A stretch of DNA of 64,000 nucleotides. Source: an uncultured Planctomycetota bacterium (GTDB lineage: Bacteria; Planctomycetota; JAJSAM01; JAKLKS01). A program made the position numbers and the translations under genes. Under the pieces are notes generated by a model. It was not told where the DNA came from, did no database searches, and saw only the letters and a program-made list of their open reading frames with translations. Positions 28,511 through 38,142 of this stretch are shown here, one piece after another (within the stretch, counting starts at the first letter, position 1; every line of letters starts with the position of its first letter). The stretch spans positions 3,014 through 67,013 of the forward strand of contig CAZSIX010000015.1 of NCBI GenBank assembly GCA_964607145.1, read 5' to 3'.

Positions 28511-28737
28511 GATGGACCTCCCGGCGGGCGGGGGTTCCAGCGCCTTCCCGCGCCATCCGCAGCCTTGGATGCCGCCGCCGCGCCCGGGGTTACACCGCGC
28601 CGCGGCGCCCGTCGCCGGGAGGGTGAAAAAAGAACCCCCCCGTGGTGGCAGAAGCCGATACTCGCGCCCCTCTCCGGGCCGCCCCAGCGGCGCTCCCGTG
28701 GTCCACCCGTTCCGCGCCGCCTTCGGAGCCATCACCC

Positions 28738-29790
28738 ATGCCGATGACGATCACCGACATCCCCGTCGAGGGCTACGAGCGGGTCGCCCGTGCGGAGGAC
28801 CCCGCCGTCGGCTTCAAGGCCATGATCGCCGTCCATGACACGTCCCTGGGGCGCGCGCTGGGCGGCCTGCGCATGTGGCCCTACGCCTCCGACGAGGAGG
28901 GGCTGACGGACGTCCTCCGCCTCGCCCGCGGGATGACGTACAAGTCCGCCGTCGCGAGGACCGGTCTGGGCGGCGGGAAGTCCGTCATCTTCGGCGACTC
29001 CCGCACGCAGAAGACGCCCGAACTCTTCCGCGCCATGGGTCGCTTCGTCGAGTCCTTCGGCGGCAACTACATCACCGCCGAGGACGTCGGGACCTCCGTG
29101 GCGGACATGAACTGGATCCGCGAGGAGACGCAGTGGGTCACGGGCCGCGCCCGCGAGGACGGCGGCAGCGGCGACCCGTCACCCTACACGGCGTACGGCT
29201 GCTTCCTCGGTGTGAAGGCCCTCGTGGAGGCCGCCCTGGGACGGAAGGACCTCTCCGGGGTCCGCGTCGCGATCCAGGGGGTCGGGCACGTGGGGATCTA
29301 CCTCGGGCAGCGGCTGCGCGACGCCGGCTGCGTGCTCACCGTGTGCGACATCAACCGGGAGAAGGTCGAGGCCGCGGCGGCGGAACTCAACGCGTCGGTC
29401 TGCTCCCCCGATCAGGTCTACTCCCTCGACGTGGACGTGTTCGCGCCGTGCGCCCTGGGGGCCGTCGTCAACGACGGCACCCTCCCGCAGTTCCGCTGCA
29501 GGATCATCGCGGGCGCCGCGAACAACGTCCTCCACCACCTCCGCCACGGGGACGACCTGCGCGCGCGCGGCATCCGCTACGCGCCGGACTACGTCATCAA
29601 CGCCGGCGGGATCATCAACGTGAGCGAGGAGTTCACGCCGGGCGGCTACGACGAGGCCCGGTCGCTGGCGAAGATCGAGATCATCCACGACACGCTGAAG
29701 CGGATCCTCGCGCTCTCCGACGAGAAGGACATCTCCACGGCCCGGGCCGCGGACCTCCTCGCCGAGGAGATCCTCGCCGCCGCGAAGTAG
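28738..29790 (+). CDS. Leucine/valine dehydrogenase (Glu/Leu/Phe/Val dehydrogenase family)
   Basis: ATG at 28738 (MPMTITDIPVEGYERV). Catalytic motif GLGGGKSVIFGD, NAD Rossmann VAIQGVGHVGIYLGQRL. 350 aa. Confidence 0.8.
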   Translation: MPMTITDIPVEGYERVARAEDPAVGFKAMIAVHDTSLGRALGGLRMWPYASDEEGLTDVLRLARGMTYKSAVARTGLGGGKSVIFGDSRTQKTPELFRAMGRFVESFGGNYITAEDVGTSVADMNWIREETQWVTGRAREDGGSGDPSPYTAYGCFLGVKALVEAALGRKDLSGVRVAIQGVGHVGIYLGQRLRDAGCVLTVCDINREKVEAAAAELNASVCSPDQVYSLDVDVFAPCALGAVVNDGTLPQFRCRIIAGAANNVLHHLRHGDDLRARGIRYAPDYVINAGGIINVSEEFTPGGYDEARSLAKIEIIHDTLKRILALSDEKDISTARAADLLAEEILAAAK

Positions 29791-29797
29791 CCGCGCG

Positions 29798-30103
29798 TCA
29801 CCCCTTCGTGCGCAGGTACTCCAGGAGGACGCGCTCGCTGCGGGGGGCCAGCCGCTCGAACTCGATCCCGACCCCGATGTGGCTCCCCGGGAGCGGCACG
29901 TGGCGCATCACCTTGCCCTGCACCTCCACGACGTTCTCGCCGAGCTGCAGATCCACGTTGATGCGGCTGCCCATCGGCGGGGCGATGTTCATCTCCACCT
30001 GCATCCCGTCGCGGGAGATGTCGAGGGTCCGGAAGATGCGGCCCTGGTCGACGACGATGTTCAGGCTGGTGACGCGCGGGAACCGACGACGCTCCTGCCC
30101 CAT
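29798..30103 (-). CDS. PilZ domain protein (c-di-GMP binding, small)
   Basis: Strong SD AAGGAGG 7 nt before ATG 30103. RRRFPR motif (MGQERRRFPRV) and D.S.GG-like motif (LDISRDGMQV). 101 aa. Confidence 0.75.
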   Translation of the reverse strand: MGQERRRFPRVTSLNIVVDQGRIFRTLDISRDGMQVEMNIAPPMGSRINVDLQLGENVVEVQGKVMRHVPLPGSHIGVGIEFERLAPRSERVLLEYLRTKG

Positions 30104-30212
30104 GGGGGGATCCTCCTTCGGGTGGGGCCGGGGAGCGGCACCCCGGCGGCGGGGATCATACGTCGCCCCGGCGCGCGGCGGGAACGTGCTTCGCCCGACG
30201 TAGGATCCCCCC

Positions 30213-31565
30213 ATGGACCCGGCCATCGCCGCCCAGGAGGACGACCGCCCCACGGGCGAGGACCTCCGCGCCGCGTGGCCGCTGCTCACGCCCGCCGATC
30301 GGTTCGACGCGTTCCGGCTCCTCCGCGACCGCCAGGATGCGGAGGACCTCTACCTCGGGCTCAGCGCGGCGGACCAGGCCGACCTGCTGCACCGGCTGCC
30401 CGCGGCGGAGCGCAAGGCGTGGATCCGCGCCCTCGACCCGGACGACGCGGCGGATGTCCTGCAGGCGGTCCCGGAGGAGGAGCGCGAGGCGCTCCTCGCG
30501 CAGATGGAGACGGCGATGCGCAAGGAGGTCACCGCCCTCCTCGCGTTCGCCGAGGACGACGCCGGCGGCCTCATGAACCCCCGCTTCGCGCGGGTGCGGC
30601 CGGACATGCGCGTCGAGGAGGCGCTCCAGTACCTCCGCGTGCAGGCCCGCGAACGGTTGGAGACGATCTACTACGCCTACGTCCTGGACGCCGGGCAGCA
30701 CCTCCTCGGCGTGGTCTCCCTGCGCCAGCTCTTCGTGGCCGCGGGGGATCGGCTCGTGCGGGAGGTGATGCAGGCGGACGTCGTCTCCGTGCGGGAGGAG
30801 ATGGACCAGGAGGCCGTGAGCCGGCTGTTCGCGGAGCACGACCTCGTCGCCATCCCCGTGGTGGACGCGGAGGGGCGCATGCGCGGCATCGTCACGGTGG
30901 ACGACATCGTCGACGTCGTCCAGGAGGAGGCGACGGAGGACATCCAGCGCATGGGCGGCTCCGCGTCGCTGGACGCGCCGTACCTGGAGACGCCCCTCGG
31001 CCAGATGGTGCGCAAGCGGGCGGGCTGGCTCGCCGTGCTCTTCCTCGGCGAGATGCTCACGGCGACCGCCATGGCGCACTTCGAGGAGGAGATCTCCCGC
31101 GCCATGGTGCTGGTGCTGTTCGTCCCGCTCATCGTGAGCAGCGGCGGGAACTCCGGTTCGCAGGCGTCGACGCTCGTGGTGCGGGCCATGGCGCTGGGGG
31201 AGGTCCGCGTCCGGGACTGGTGGCGGGTCGCGCGCCGCGAAGTGGGTGCGGGGCTGGCCCTCGGCCTGGTGCTCGGGTCCCTCGGATTCGGGCGCATCAT
31301 CGTGTGGCAGCAGGTGGGCGGCGCCATGGGGAACGTCGTCTACGGTCCCCACTACGTCGCCGTGGCCGCGGTCGTGGGAGCCAGCGTGGTGGGCGTGGTG
31401 CTGCTGGGGACCGTGGCCGGCTCCATGCTCCCCTTCGTCCTCCGGCGGCTCGGGTTCGACCCCGCCACCGCGTCCGCTCCCTTCGTCGCGACGCTGGTGG
31501 ACGTGGGCGGACTGGTGATCTTCTTCTCCATCGCGAGCCTGATCCTCTCCGGGCGCGTCCTGTAG
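30213..31565 (+). CDS. mgtE: Magnesium transporter MgtE
   Basis: MgtE N-domain, two CBS domains and a C-terminal 5-TM domain (GGNSGSQASTLVVRAMALGEV). Confidence 0.9.
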   Translation: MDPAIAAQEDDRPTGEDLRAAWPLLTPADRFDAFRLLRDRQDAEDLYLGLSAADQADLLHRLPAAERKAWIRALDPDDAADVLQAVPEEEREALLAQMETAMRKEVTALLAFAEDDAGGLMNPRFARVRPDMRVEEALQYLRVQARERLETIYYAYVLDAGQHLLGVVSLRQLFVAAGDRLVREVMQADVVSVREEMDQEAVSRLFAEHDLVAIPVVDAEGRMRGIVTVDDIVDVVQEEATEDIQRMGGSASLDAPYLETPLGQMVRKRAGWLAVLFLGEMLTATAMAHFEEEISRAMVLVLFVPLIVSSGGNSGSQASTLVVRAMALGEVRVRDWWRVARREVGAGLALGLVLGSLGFGRIIVWQQVGGAMGNVVYGPHYVAVAAVVGASVVGVVLLGTVAGSMLPFVLRRLGFDPATASAPFVATLVDVGGLVIFFSIASLILSGRVL

Positions 31566-31568
31566 GAC

Positions 31569-31592
31569 GCGCCCCCTGCCCGCGGGGCGCCG
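31569..31592. terminator. GC-rich hairpin between convergent mgtE and dinG
   Basis: gcgcccc-ctgcccgc-ggggcgc inverted repeat immediately after the mgtE stop. Confidence 0.4.
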
Positions 31593-31601
31593 CCGCCGCG
31601 A

Positions 31602-33566
31602 TCAGGCCTCCTCGCCCACCACCTCGACCTCCACGTCGGGCAGGGACTCGAGGAACACGCGGCCGTACCGCTTGCGGAGGATCCGCGGGTCGAGCACGAC
31701 GACGGTGCCCCGATCCGTCGCCGTGCGGATGAGGCGGCCGACCCCCTGGCGGAACCGCAGCACCGCCTGGGGCAGGGAGTACGCGAGGAACGGATCCTCC
31801 CCGCGCGCCTGGAGCGCCTCGACGCGGGCCTCCACCAGGGGATGGCTGGGGACGGCGAAGGGGAGCCGCGTCACGATCACCAGGCGCAGCGCGTCGCCGG
31901 GCACGTCCACGCCCTGCCAGAACGTGTCGGCGCCGAAGAGCACGGCCCCTTCCGTCGTGCGGAACCGGTCGAGGAGCGCCTCCCGCGGGAGGCCCGCCCC
32001 CTGTCGCATGGGCACCAGTCCGTGGGCGCGGAGGGCCGGCTCGGCGTCGCGGAACACGCGGTCGAGGGCGCCGTAGGACGTGAACAGGACGAACGCGCCC
32101 CCGCGCGCCTCCGCGCAGTACCGGACGACCTCCCGCGCCACTCCCGACTCCCAGGGGCCCGCGTCCCGCGGGTCGGGGATGTCGGCGCGGACCACGACGC
32201 GCATCTGCCGCCGGAAGTCGAAGGGGGACCCCAGCGCGAGGACCTCCGCGTCGTCGAGGCCGAGGCGCCCGCAGAGGGGCCGGAAGTCCCGCTCCCGTCC
32301 CACGGACAGGGTCGCGCTCGTCAGCACCGCCGACCGGAGGGGCCCGAAGAGGGATTCCCGGAGCACGGGACCCACGTCCACGGGGGCGCCGAGGAGGACG
32401 GTGTTGCGCCCGCCCGCCCCCTCCCGCTCCACCCAGTACACGCGTCCCGGCTCCGAGGCCCCGCACCACTCGCGGACCGCCCACGCGGTCTCCGCCGCGC
32501 GGTCCGCCTGGGAGAACAGTTCGATCTCCCTCTCCTTGGTCTCCACCCGCGCCGCCAGTTCCCGCAGCGCGCCGGAGAGCCGCTCCATGTCGTCGGACAG
32601 CGACTCCGTGCGGAACCGGGGCTCCCGGAGGCGCGCGTTGCCGCCGCCCCGTTCCCGCTCCTCCGCCCACGCGGCGACCTCGCCGTAGAGGGAGTCGGCG
32701 GACGCGCGGCAGTCCTCGACGAGGGCGAGGGTCGCGGCGTCGGCCTCCAGCGTCGCCAGCAGCCCCTTCCCGTTCCGACCCACCAGGTGGCCCAGCAGGC
32801 GGGCCGTGCCGGCGCTGCTCAGGCGGAGGCCGAGGTGGGAGCCGGCGACCTCCTCCACCTCGTGGGCCTCGTCGAGGACGAGGTGGGAGTACTCCGGCAG
32901 CAGCGACGCGCCCCGCGTGCGGAGCGCCAGGTCGGCGAACAGGAACGCGTGGTTCGCCACGATGATGTCGGCGTTCTGGAGGCGGCGCCGGCCCGCCTGG
33001 TAGTGGCACTCGGCGTAGAAGTCGGAGCGCCGCCCGAGGCAGTTCCCCGCCTCCGCCTGCACGCGGGACCAGACCGCCCCGGAGGGCTCGAAGGGGAGCG
33101 ATTGCCGCGTCCCGTCCCGGGTCAGCGCCGCCCAGCCGTTGACGCGCTCGACCTCCTCCCGCTCGGCCATGCCCGGGAGCAGCGTGGCGGCGTCGCGGAC
33201 GGTCTCCCGGAGGCGGCGCAGGCAGACGTAGTTGCCGCGACCCTTGGCGAGGACCACGGAGAACTCCTCCGGGAGGCAGCCGGTGAGGAGCGGGACGTCC
33301 TTCCGGAGCAACTGGTCCTGGAGCGCCAGCGTGTGCGTGGCGATGACGACGCGCTCCCCGCGCTCCGCCGCGGCGGCGATGGCCGGGACGAGGTAGGCGA
33401 AGGACTTGCCCACGCCCGTCCCCGCCTCCACCACGAGGCGCCCCCCGTGGCGGAACACGCGGTCCACGGCGGCGGCCATGGTGCGCTGCTCGGCTCGGTC
33501 CTCGTACCGCTCCAGGGCCGCGGAGACGCCCCCGCCGGGTGCGAGGGCCGCGGTGACGTCGAGCAT
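31602..33566 (-). CDS. dinG: ATP-dependent DNA helicase, DinG/Rad3 family
   Basis: Start MLDVTAAL at 33566 (cat 33564-33566). Walker A AGTGVGKS, DEAH-like box VLDEAHEV, C-terminal helicase motifs (TSATL..., QGVGRLIR). The N-terminal 134 aa of the ORF is rejected. Confidence 0.85.
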   Translation of the reverse strand: MLDVTAALAPGGGVSAALERYEDRAEQRTMAAAVDRVFRHGGRLVVEAGTGVGKSFAYLVPAIAAAAERGERVVIATHTLALQDQLLRKDVPLLTGCLPEEFSVVLAKGRGNYVCLRRLRETVRDAATLLPGMAEREEVERVNGWAALTRDGTRQSLPFEPSGAVWSRVQAEAGNCLGRRSDFYAECHYQAGRRRLQNADIIVANHAFLFADLALRTRGASLLPEYSHLVLDEAHEVEEVAGSHLGLRLSSAGTARLLGHLVGRNGKGLLATLEADAATLALVEDCRASADSLYGEVAAWAEERERGGGNARLREPRFRTESLSDDMERLSGALRELAARVETKEREIELFSQADRAAETAWAVREWCGASEPGRVYWVEREGAGGRNTVLLGAPVDVGPVLRESLFGPLRSAVLTSATLSVGRERDFRPLCGRLGLDDAEVLALGSPFDFRRQMRVVVRADIPDPRDAGPWESGVAREVVRYCAEARGGAFVLFTSYGALDRVFRDAEPALRAHGLVPMRQGAGLPREALLDRFRTTEGAVLFGADTFWQGVDVPGDALRLVIVTRLPFAVPSHPLVEARVEALQARGEDPFLAYSLPQAVLRFRQGVGRLIRTATDRGTVVVLDPRILRKRYGRVFLESLPDVEVEVVGEEA

Positions 33567-33725
33567 GGCCGCAGGATACCCCGGGGGCGTCGCCCGCCCC
33601 GACGGGAGGCGCGCGCGCCGGGCCGGGCGCCGCTTCGTGCTTGCCCGCCCGGGACGGGGGGGATAGCATCGCCCCGCGCCACGGTCCCCGGGCTCGCGCC
33701 GCGGACCACCCCCGGAGGGAGATCC

Positions 33726-34196
33726 ATGCTCGCGCGTCCGTCCGCACTGCTCGCCGTCGCGCTGGCGCTGGGCGCCATGGGCTGCCAGTCCAGGGGCGAG
33801 ATGGCCGCCTCCCGGGACGGCTCCGGCGGCGGCGCGGCCCGCACCGGGCCCGCCCTCGCCGAACGCCCCCTCGCCTACCGCGTCGTCTGGGCCAGCGGCA
33901 AGGGCCGCGTCGGGTACGTGGAGACCCGCGAGATGGCGCGCGGGCCCGACCGGCCGGTCACCCGCCACGTCGCCATGGACCTGGAGTTCGTCGAGGTGGG
34001 CTGGTACACGGACGCCGGCGACGGCGTGCGCTACGACTACCCGCAGACCAGCGTGAAGTCCGCCTTCCAGGAGCAGTTCCTCCCGGAGACGCTCCCCGTG
34101 GACACGCTGGACAACCAGGTGCGGCGCATCTTCCGGCTCGACCCCACCACGCCCATCACCCTGGTGCGGGCGACGGAGGCGGACCTCCGCCGGTAG
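33726..34196 (+). CDS. Hypothetical lipoprotein
   Basis: SD GGAGGGAG before ATG 33726. Signal plus lipobox MLARPSALLAVALALGAMGC. This is the C-terminal 156 aa of the 784-aa ORF; the rest is junk antisense to dinG. Confidence 0.6.
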   Translation: MLARPSALLAVALALGAMGCQSRGEMAASRDGSGGGAARTGPALAERPLAYRVVWASGKGRVGYVETREMARGPDRPVTRHVAMDLEFVEVGWYTDAGDGVRYDYPQTSVKSAFQEQFLPETLPVDTLDNQVRRIFRLDPTTPITLVRATEADLRR

Positions 34197-34605
34197 CCCG
34201 GGGCTTCGGCGCGCGCCAGCGGATCTTCCGCCCGTCCCCCCAGAGCATGTCGAGGTCGTAGAGGGACCGGGACTCGGGCTGGAACACGTGGACGACCAGG
34301 GGACCGTAGTCGAGGACCGCCCAGGTGCCGCCCTCGGCGCCCTCCCGGCCCACGGGCCGGATCCCCATGTCGCGGAGGACCCGCTCCGTCTCCTCCACGA
34401 GCGCCCGCACGTGCCGGGGCTGCGTCCCCGTGGCCAGCAGGAAGTACTCCGTGATGGGGCTCACCGCCCCCACGTCGAGGAGGGAGACGTGGTCCGCCTT
34501 CATGGCGTCCAGGGCCCGGGCGGCGGCGATGGCCGCCTTGCGGGCGGGCGTGGGCTTGCGCCTCGGCGCGGCGGTGCGGGCTCGCGGTGTCGCCGTCTTC
34601 GCCAG
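34156..34605 (-). CDS. rsfS: Ribosome silencing factor RsfS (Iojap-like); start uncertain
   Basis: HVSLLDVGAVSPITEYFLLATGTQPRHVRALVEETERVLRDMG...WAVLDYGPLVVHVFQPESRSLYDLDMLWGD. AAGGAGG SD sits in frame just upstream of a CTG. An ATG (MKADHV, at 34503) is the alternative start. Confidence 0.65.
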   Translation of the reverse strand: MAKTATPRARTAAPRRKPTPARKAAIAAARALDAMKADHVSLLDVGAVSPITEYFLLATGTQPRHVRALVEETERVLRDMGIRPVGREGAEGGTWAVLDYGPLVVHVFQPESRSLYDLDMLWGDGRKIRWRAPKPRATGGGPPPSPAPG

Positions 34606-34655
34606 GGAGGCCTCCTTCGGTCGAGGGGGAGGATAGTCGCCTCCCGGCGGACCGC

Positions 34656-35501
34656 CTATTTCCGGTCGTCGCCGGAGGCGCCCCCGGGGCCGTCCCCCTC
34701 CTCCGCCTCGAGGTAGCGCCTGCGGGCGGCGGCGTCCGTTCCCCGGGCCATGGCGCCCCCCTCCTCGGCGGCCTCCGCGAGCCCCCGCAGCGCGGCGGCG
34801 GCGGGCTCCGCCGCCCCGGCGGCCAGCGTGCGGTAGAGGCGCGCCGCCTCGGAGAGGTCCCCGTCGGCGGCGGGGGCCGGCGCGCCCCCGGGCGCCCCGT
34901 GGAGTTCCCGGAGGCCGCGCACGACCAGCGCCTCGGAGAGGGCCCAGACGGAGGCCGTGTCCGCTGAGTCCGCCTCCACCAGCGCGCGGAGGATGGCGAT
35001 GGACTCGCTCACCGGCTCCCGCCCCCGCGCGGCGAGGAGCGCGCGGGCGACCTCGGGCCAGCGGAGCGAGCGGTCGAGCAGGGCCTGCGCCAGGAACCGC
35101 CGGATGCGCCGCGCCCGCGGGTTGCGCGCGGCGCCTTCGTCCAGGGTGCGCAGGCCCCGCACGATCCACGCGCTCCGCTCCGCGGCGTCGGCGGACTCGC
35201 CGGCGAGGTTGTAGGCGAGGTGGAACCCCAGGTACTCGTGGGCGTCCGCCAGGCGGGGCTCGAGGCGGGCGGCGGCCTCGTAGGCGGCCAGCATCTCGGC
35301 GCGCCGATCCTCCGCGAAGAGGGCGTCGGCGCGGAGCCAGAGGAGGTCCAGGGCGAGCAGGTTGACGACGCCGAGGCAGGGCGCCCCGCGGGCCGCCCGC
35401 GCGGGCTCCGGCCGCGCGCGGTCGGCGGCGAGGCAGACGCCCCATCCCGCGGCGAGGAGGAGGACTCCCGCCGCCGCGGGCCCGGCGATGCCCCGCCTCA
35501 C
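34656..35501 (-). CDS. Hypothetical protein with N-terminal TM/signal, Ala/Leu-rich (TPR-like)
   Basis: ATGA overlap with the upstream permease stop. N-term MRRGIAGPAAAGVLLLAAGWGVCLAA. Confidence 0.5.
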   Translation of the reverse strand: MRRGIAGPAAAGVLLLAAGWGVCLAADRARPEPARAARGAPCLGVVNLLALDLLWLRADALFAEDRRAEMLAAYEAAARLEPRLADAHEYLGFHLAYNLAGESADAAERSAWIVRGLRTLDEGAARNPRARRIRRFLAQALLDRSLRWPEVARALLAARGREPVSESIAILRALVEADSADTASVWALSEALVVRGLRELHGAPGGAPAPAADGDLSEAARLYRTLAAGAAEPAAAALRGLAEAAEEGGAMARGTDAAARRRYLEAEEGDGPGGASGDDRK

Positions 35502-36769
35502 GGTCGCCGCGCGGCGCCCATCGCCGCCAGCGCCGAGAAGGCCACGGCCAGCCCGAGCCCCGCGGCCACGGCGCCGCCGACGTCACCGCCGTCGGGCACC
35601 TCCCCCGCCACGATCTCCCGGGAGAGGTCGTACCGCGACGCATCGGGCAGGATGCGGGCCAGGCCGCGGAACACGGGGACGAGGAACGACGGGGGCGCCG
35701 GACCCGGCGGGCCGTGATCGTCGTGGGAGTCGCCGGCGGGGGCGCCGTGGTCCGCCGTGACTCCCTCCAGGGCGCGACCCACGGCCCCCGCATGGGTGGC
35801 CGTGCGGGCGGCCTCCTCGAAGGAGGGCCGGGCGGAGGCGAGGAGGAGGAGCGTGGCCCCGGCGAAGGCGGCGACGCCGGAACCGGTCACCGTGGAGAGC
35901 GCCGCCGTGGCCGCGAGGAGCGCCAGGAGGCCCGCGCCCAGGGCGGCCCCGTGGAGACCTCGGGCCAGGATCCGCGGTCGCGTCCCGTCGAACCGCCGAC
36001 AGGCGGCGGGGTCGAGGCCGATCTCGTAGTTGCCCGGGATCCGCTCCACCCGCACCGTCGTCCCGCCCGCCGGCAGTGCGGCCCGCAGGGGGCGCCCCCA
36101 GGGGGCGGAGGGTTCCTGCGGCACCGCCGCGCCGGGCTCGCCGGGCGTCGACCCGCCCCCGGTGCGGACGCGGACACGGACGCGCCCGGGGAGGCCGGTG
36201 CCGCGGCCCGCACGCGTGAGGGGCGCCAGTTCCAGGTCCCCCGGCGCCCGGTCCGCCGACGGGAAACTCACATCCAGCGGGGGTGCGGCGGCGGCGGTCC
36301 AGCGGCGGTCCGGGCGCGCCGCATCGGCCACGCCGCCGGTCACTGCCGTCGCCCGCACGAACGCCCGTGGCCGGGGCGGGGCCCGCCCCGTTCCCAGTTC
36401 CACCGCCCCCAGGGCGGACGCGAGGAGGGCCACCGTGAGGAGGAGCAGGCCGGCGCCGGCCCCCGCCACGGTGCCCAGCGCCCGCGCCGCCGGGGACACG
36501 GGGCCCGCCAGGAGCGCGAGCCCCCGGGCCCGGCGGCGATCCCCCGGCAGCGGGCCCGCCCCCAGGGCCGCCGCCGCGGCGGCGGCGAGGAGCACCGCCA
36601 GCCCGAGGGAGAGGGAGTCGGCCGCCTCCAGCCGACCCGCCGCGTCGGCCCCGGGAGCCGCCGCCGCCAGCCCCAGCGCCAGGAGGAAGTGGACGGGCAC
36701 GAGCCAGAGGACGCGCCCGGCCACGGCCTCCCGGAACCGGAGCGCGGTCACCGTGGCGAGTCCCCTCAC
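35498..36769 (-). CDS. ABC-transporter-associated integral membrane protein (ABC-2 type permease-like)
   Basis: GTGA overlap with the ABC ATPase stop. Multiple hydrophobic segments. Lower half of the 1022-aa ORF. Confidence 0.5.
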   Translation of the reverse strand: MRGLATVTALRFREAVAGRVLWLVPVHFLLALGLAAAAPGADAAGRLEAADSLSLGLAVLLAAAAAAALGAGPLPGDRRRARGLALLAGPVSPAARALGTVAGAGAGLLLLTVALLASALGAVELGTGRAPPRPRAFVRATAVTGGVADAARPDRRWTAAAAPPLDVSFPSADRAPGDLELAPLTRAGRGTGLPGRVRVRVRTGGGSTPGEPGAAVPQEPSAPWGRPLRAALPAGGTTVRVERIPGNYEIGLDPAACRRFDGTRPRILARGLHGAALGAGLLALLAATAALSTVTGSGVAAFAGATLLLLASARPSFEEAARTATHAGAVGRALEGVTADHGAPAGDSHDDHGPPGPAPPSFLVPVFRGLARILPDASRYDLSREIVAGEVPDGGDVGGAVAAGLGLAVAFSALAAMGAARRP

Positions 36770-37656
36770 GCCCCGCCTCCGCCGCCGGCGGGAGGGGCCG
36801 GGGGCCCTCCCCGATCCCGGCCCAGGAGCCGGAGGAAGACCCGGTCCAGAGGCTCCCGCGCGGGCTGATCCACGGTCACCCGGCCTCCGGCCCCTTCCAC
36901 GGCCCGCCGCGCCGCCTCGCGGGCGCCAGGGTCGCCCTCGATCTCCAGGTTCCAGCGCCCCTCCACCGCGAGCACCCGGTCCAGGGGCCCCTCGGCGGCG
37001 AGGCGGCCTCCGCCGAGGATGGCGACCCGGTCGCACAGCCGTTCCACGTCGGAGAGCACGTGGCTGGAGAGGAGGACCGTGACCCCCCGCCCGCGACCCT
37101 CCTCCAGCAGCGAGAGCAACCCCTCCCGGCCCACCGGGTCCAGCCCCGCCGTGGGCTCGTCCAGGATGAGCAGGTCCGGCGCGTGGACGAGGGCGGCGGC
37201 CAGCCCCACGCGCCGCTTCATCCCCCGGGAGAACCCCTCCGCCCGCCGATCCGCCTCGGGCCCCATCCCCAGCCGCTCCAGCACCGCCGCCGCCGCGGCC
37301 CGGCGCTCCCGGCGGGCCATGCCGTGGAGCGCGCCCACGGTCTCCACCCACTCCCGTGCCGTCAGGAAGGGGTAGAGATCGGCGTCCTCGGGCAGGTAGC
37401 CGGTGCGCCGTCGCGCCTCGCGGTGGCCCGCGGGGTGGCCCAGCACGCGGGCCTCGCCGGAGGTGGGCACGTGTAACCCCAGCAGCAACCGGATCGTGGT
37501 GGACTTCCCCGAACCGTTGGGCCCGAGGAGTCCCGCCACGGCGCCGCGGGGGATGCTCCAGTGGAGGTCGTCGAGGGCGAGCACGTCCGGTCGTCCCCCG
37601 CGGCCGCGATACCGGCGCGTGAGACCCCGCGTCTCCACGGCGGGGAGTTCGGCCAT
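36766..37656 (-). CDS. ABC transporter ATP-binding protein
   Basis: Walker A GPNGSGKST, signature FSRGMKRRVGLAAAL, Walker B LLILDEPTAGLD. Confidence 0.85.
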   Translation of the reverse strand: MAELPAVETRGLTRRYRGRGGRPDVLALDDLHWSIPRGAVAGLLGPNGSGKSTTIRLLLGLHVPTSGEARVLGHPAGHREARRRTGYLPEDADLYPFLTAREWVETVGALHGMARRERRAAAAAVLERLGMGPEADRRAEGFSRGMKRRVGLAAALVHAPDLLILDEPTAGLDPVGREGLLSLLEEGRGRGVTVLLSSHVLSDVERLCDRVAILGGGRLAAEGPLDRVLAVEGRWNLEIEGDPGAREAARRAVEGAGGRVTVDQPAREPLDRVFLRLLGRDRGGPPAPPAGGGGGA

Positions 37657-37806
37657 GGCCGCATGGTACCGCCGCCGACCCGACTCGGCCCCCGGACCTC
37701 GCGCGGGACGGGGGTGGAGGTGGCGGGGCCGGGCCGGGGCTAGAATGCCCCCGCCATGAGGTCGCCACCGGCTGCCGAGGTGCCCCGCGGGGGCGGGGAT
37801 GTGGGC

Positions 37807-38142
37807 ATGCTTCGTCTGCTGCTGGCGGCGGGAACCCTGGCGCTGGTCCCCGCGGCGCTCGCGGGGATCCCGCCGCGGGCGGCGGCGGGTCCCGCGGCCG
37901 GCGACGTCCGTCTCCTGGTGGACCTGGAGCGCGGCGGAGAGGCGGAACTCGCCCTCCTCCCGGGCGTGGGACCGGGGCTCGCCCGCCGCATCCGCGAGGA
38001 GCGGGACTCCGGCGGCCCCTTCGGATCCGCCGAGGCGGTGGCGCGGCGCGTCCGGGGCGTGGGCGCCGCCACGGCGGCCACCTGGGACGGATGGGTCGGG
38101 GGAACGCCGGCGCCGGGGGCGCCGCGGGCGCCGCGGCGGTGA
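37807..38142 (+). CDS. ComEA-like helix-hairpin-helix DNA-binding protein
   Basis: Signal/TM MLRLLLAAGTLALVPAALAG. HhH motif LLPGVGPGLARRIREER. ATG at 37807. Confidence 0.65.
   Translation: MLRLLLAAGTLALVPAALAGIPPRAAAGPAAGDVRLLVDLERGGEAELALLPGVGPGLARRIREERDSGGPFGSAEAVARRVRGVGAATAATWDGWVGGTPAPGAPRAPRR

Noticed and set aside
31842-34196. 784-aa plus ORF
   Set aside because: Only the last 156 aa (the lipoprotein with SD and lipobox) are credible. The rest is antisense to dinG.
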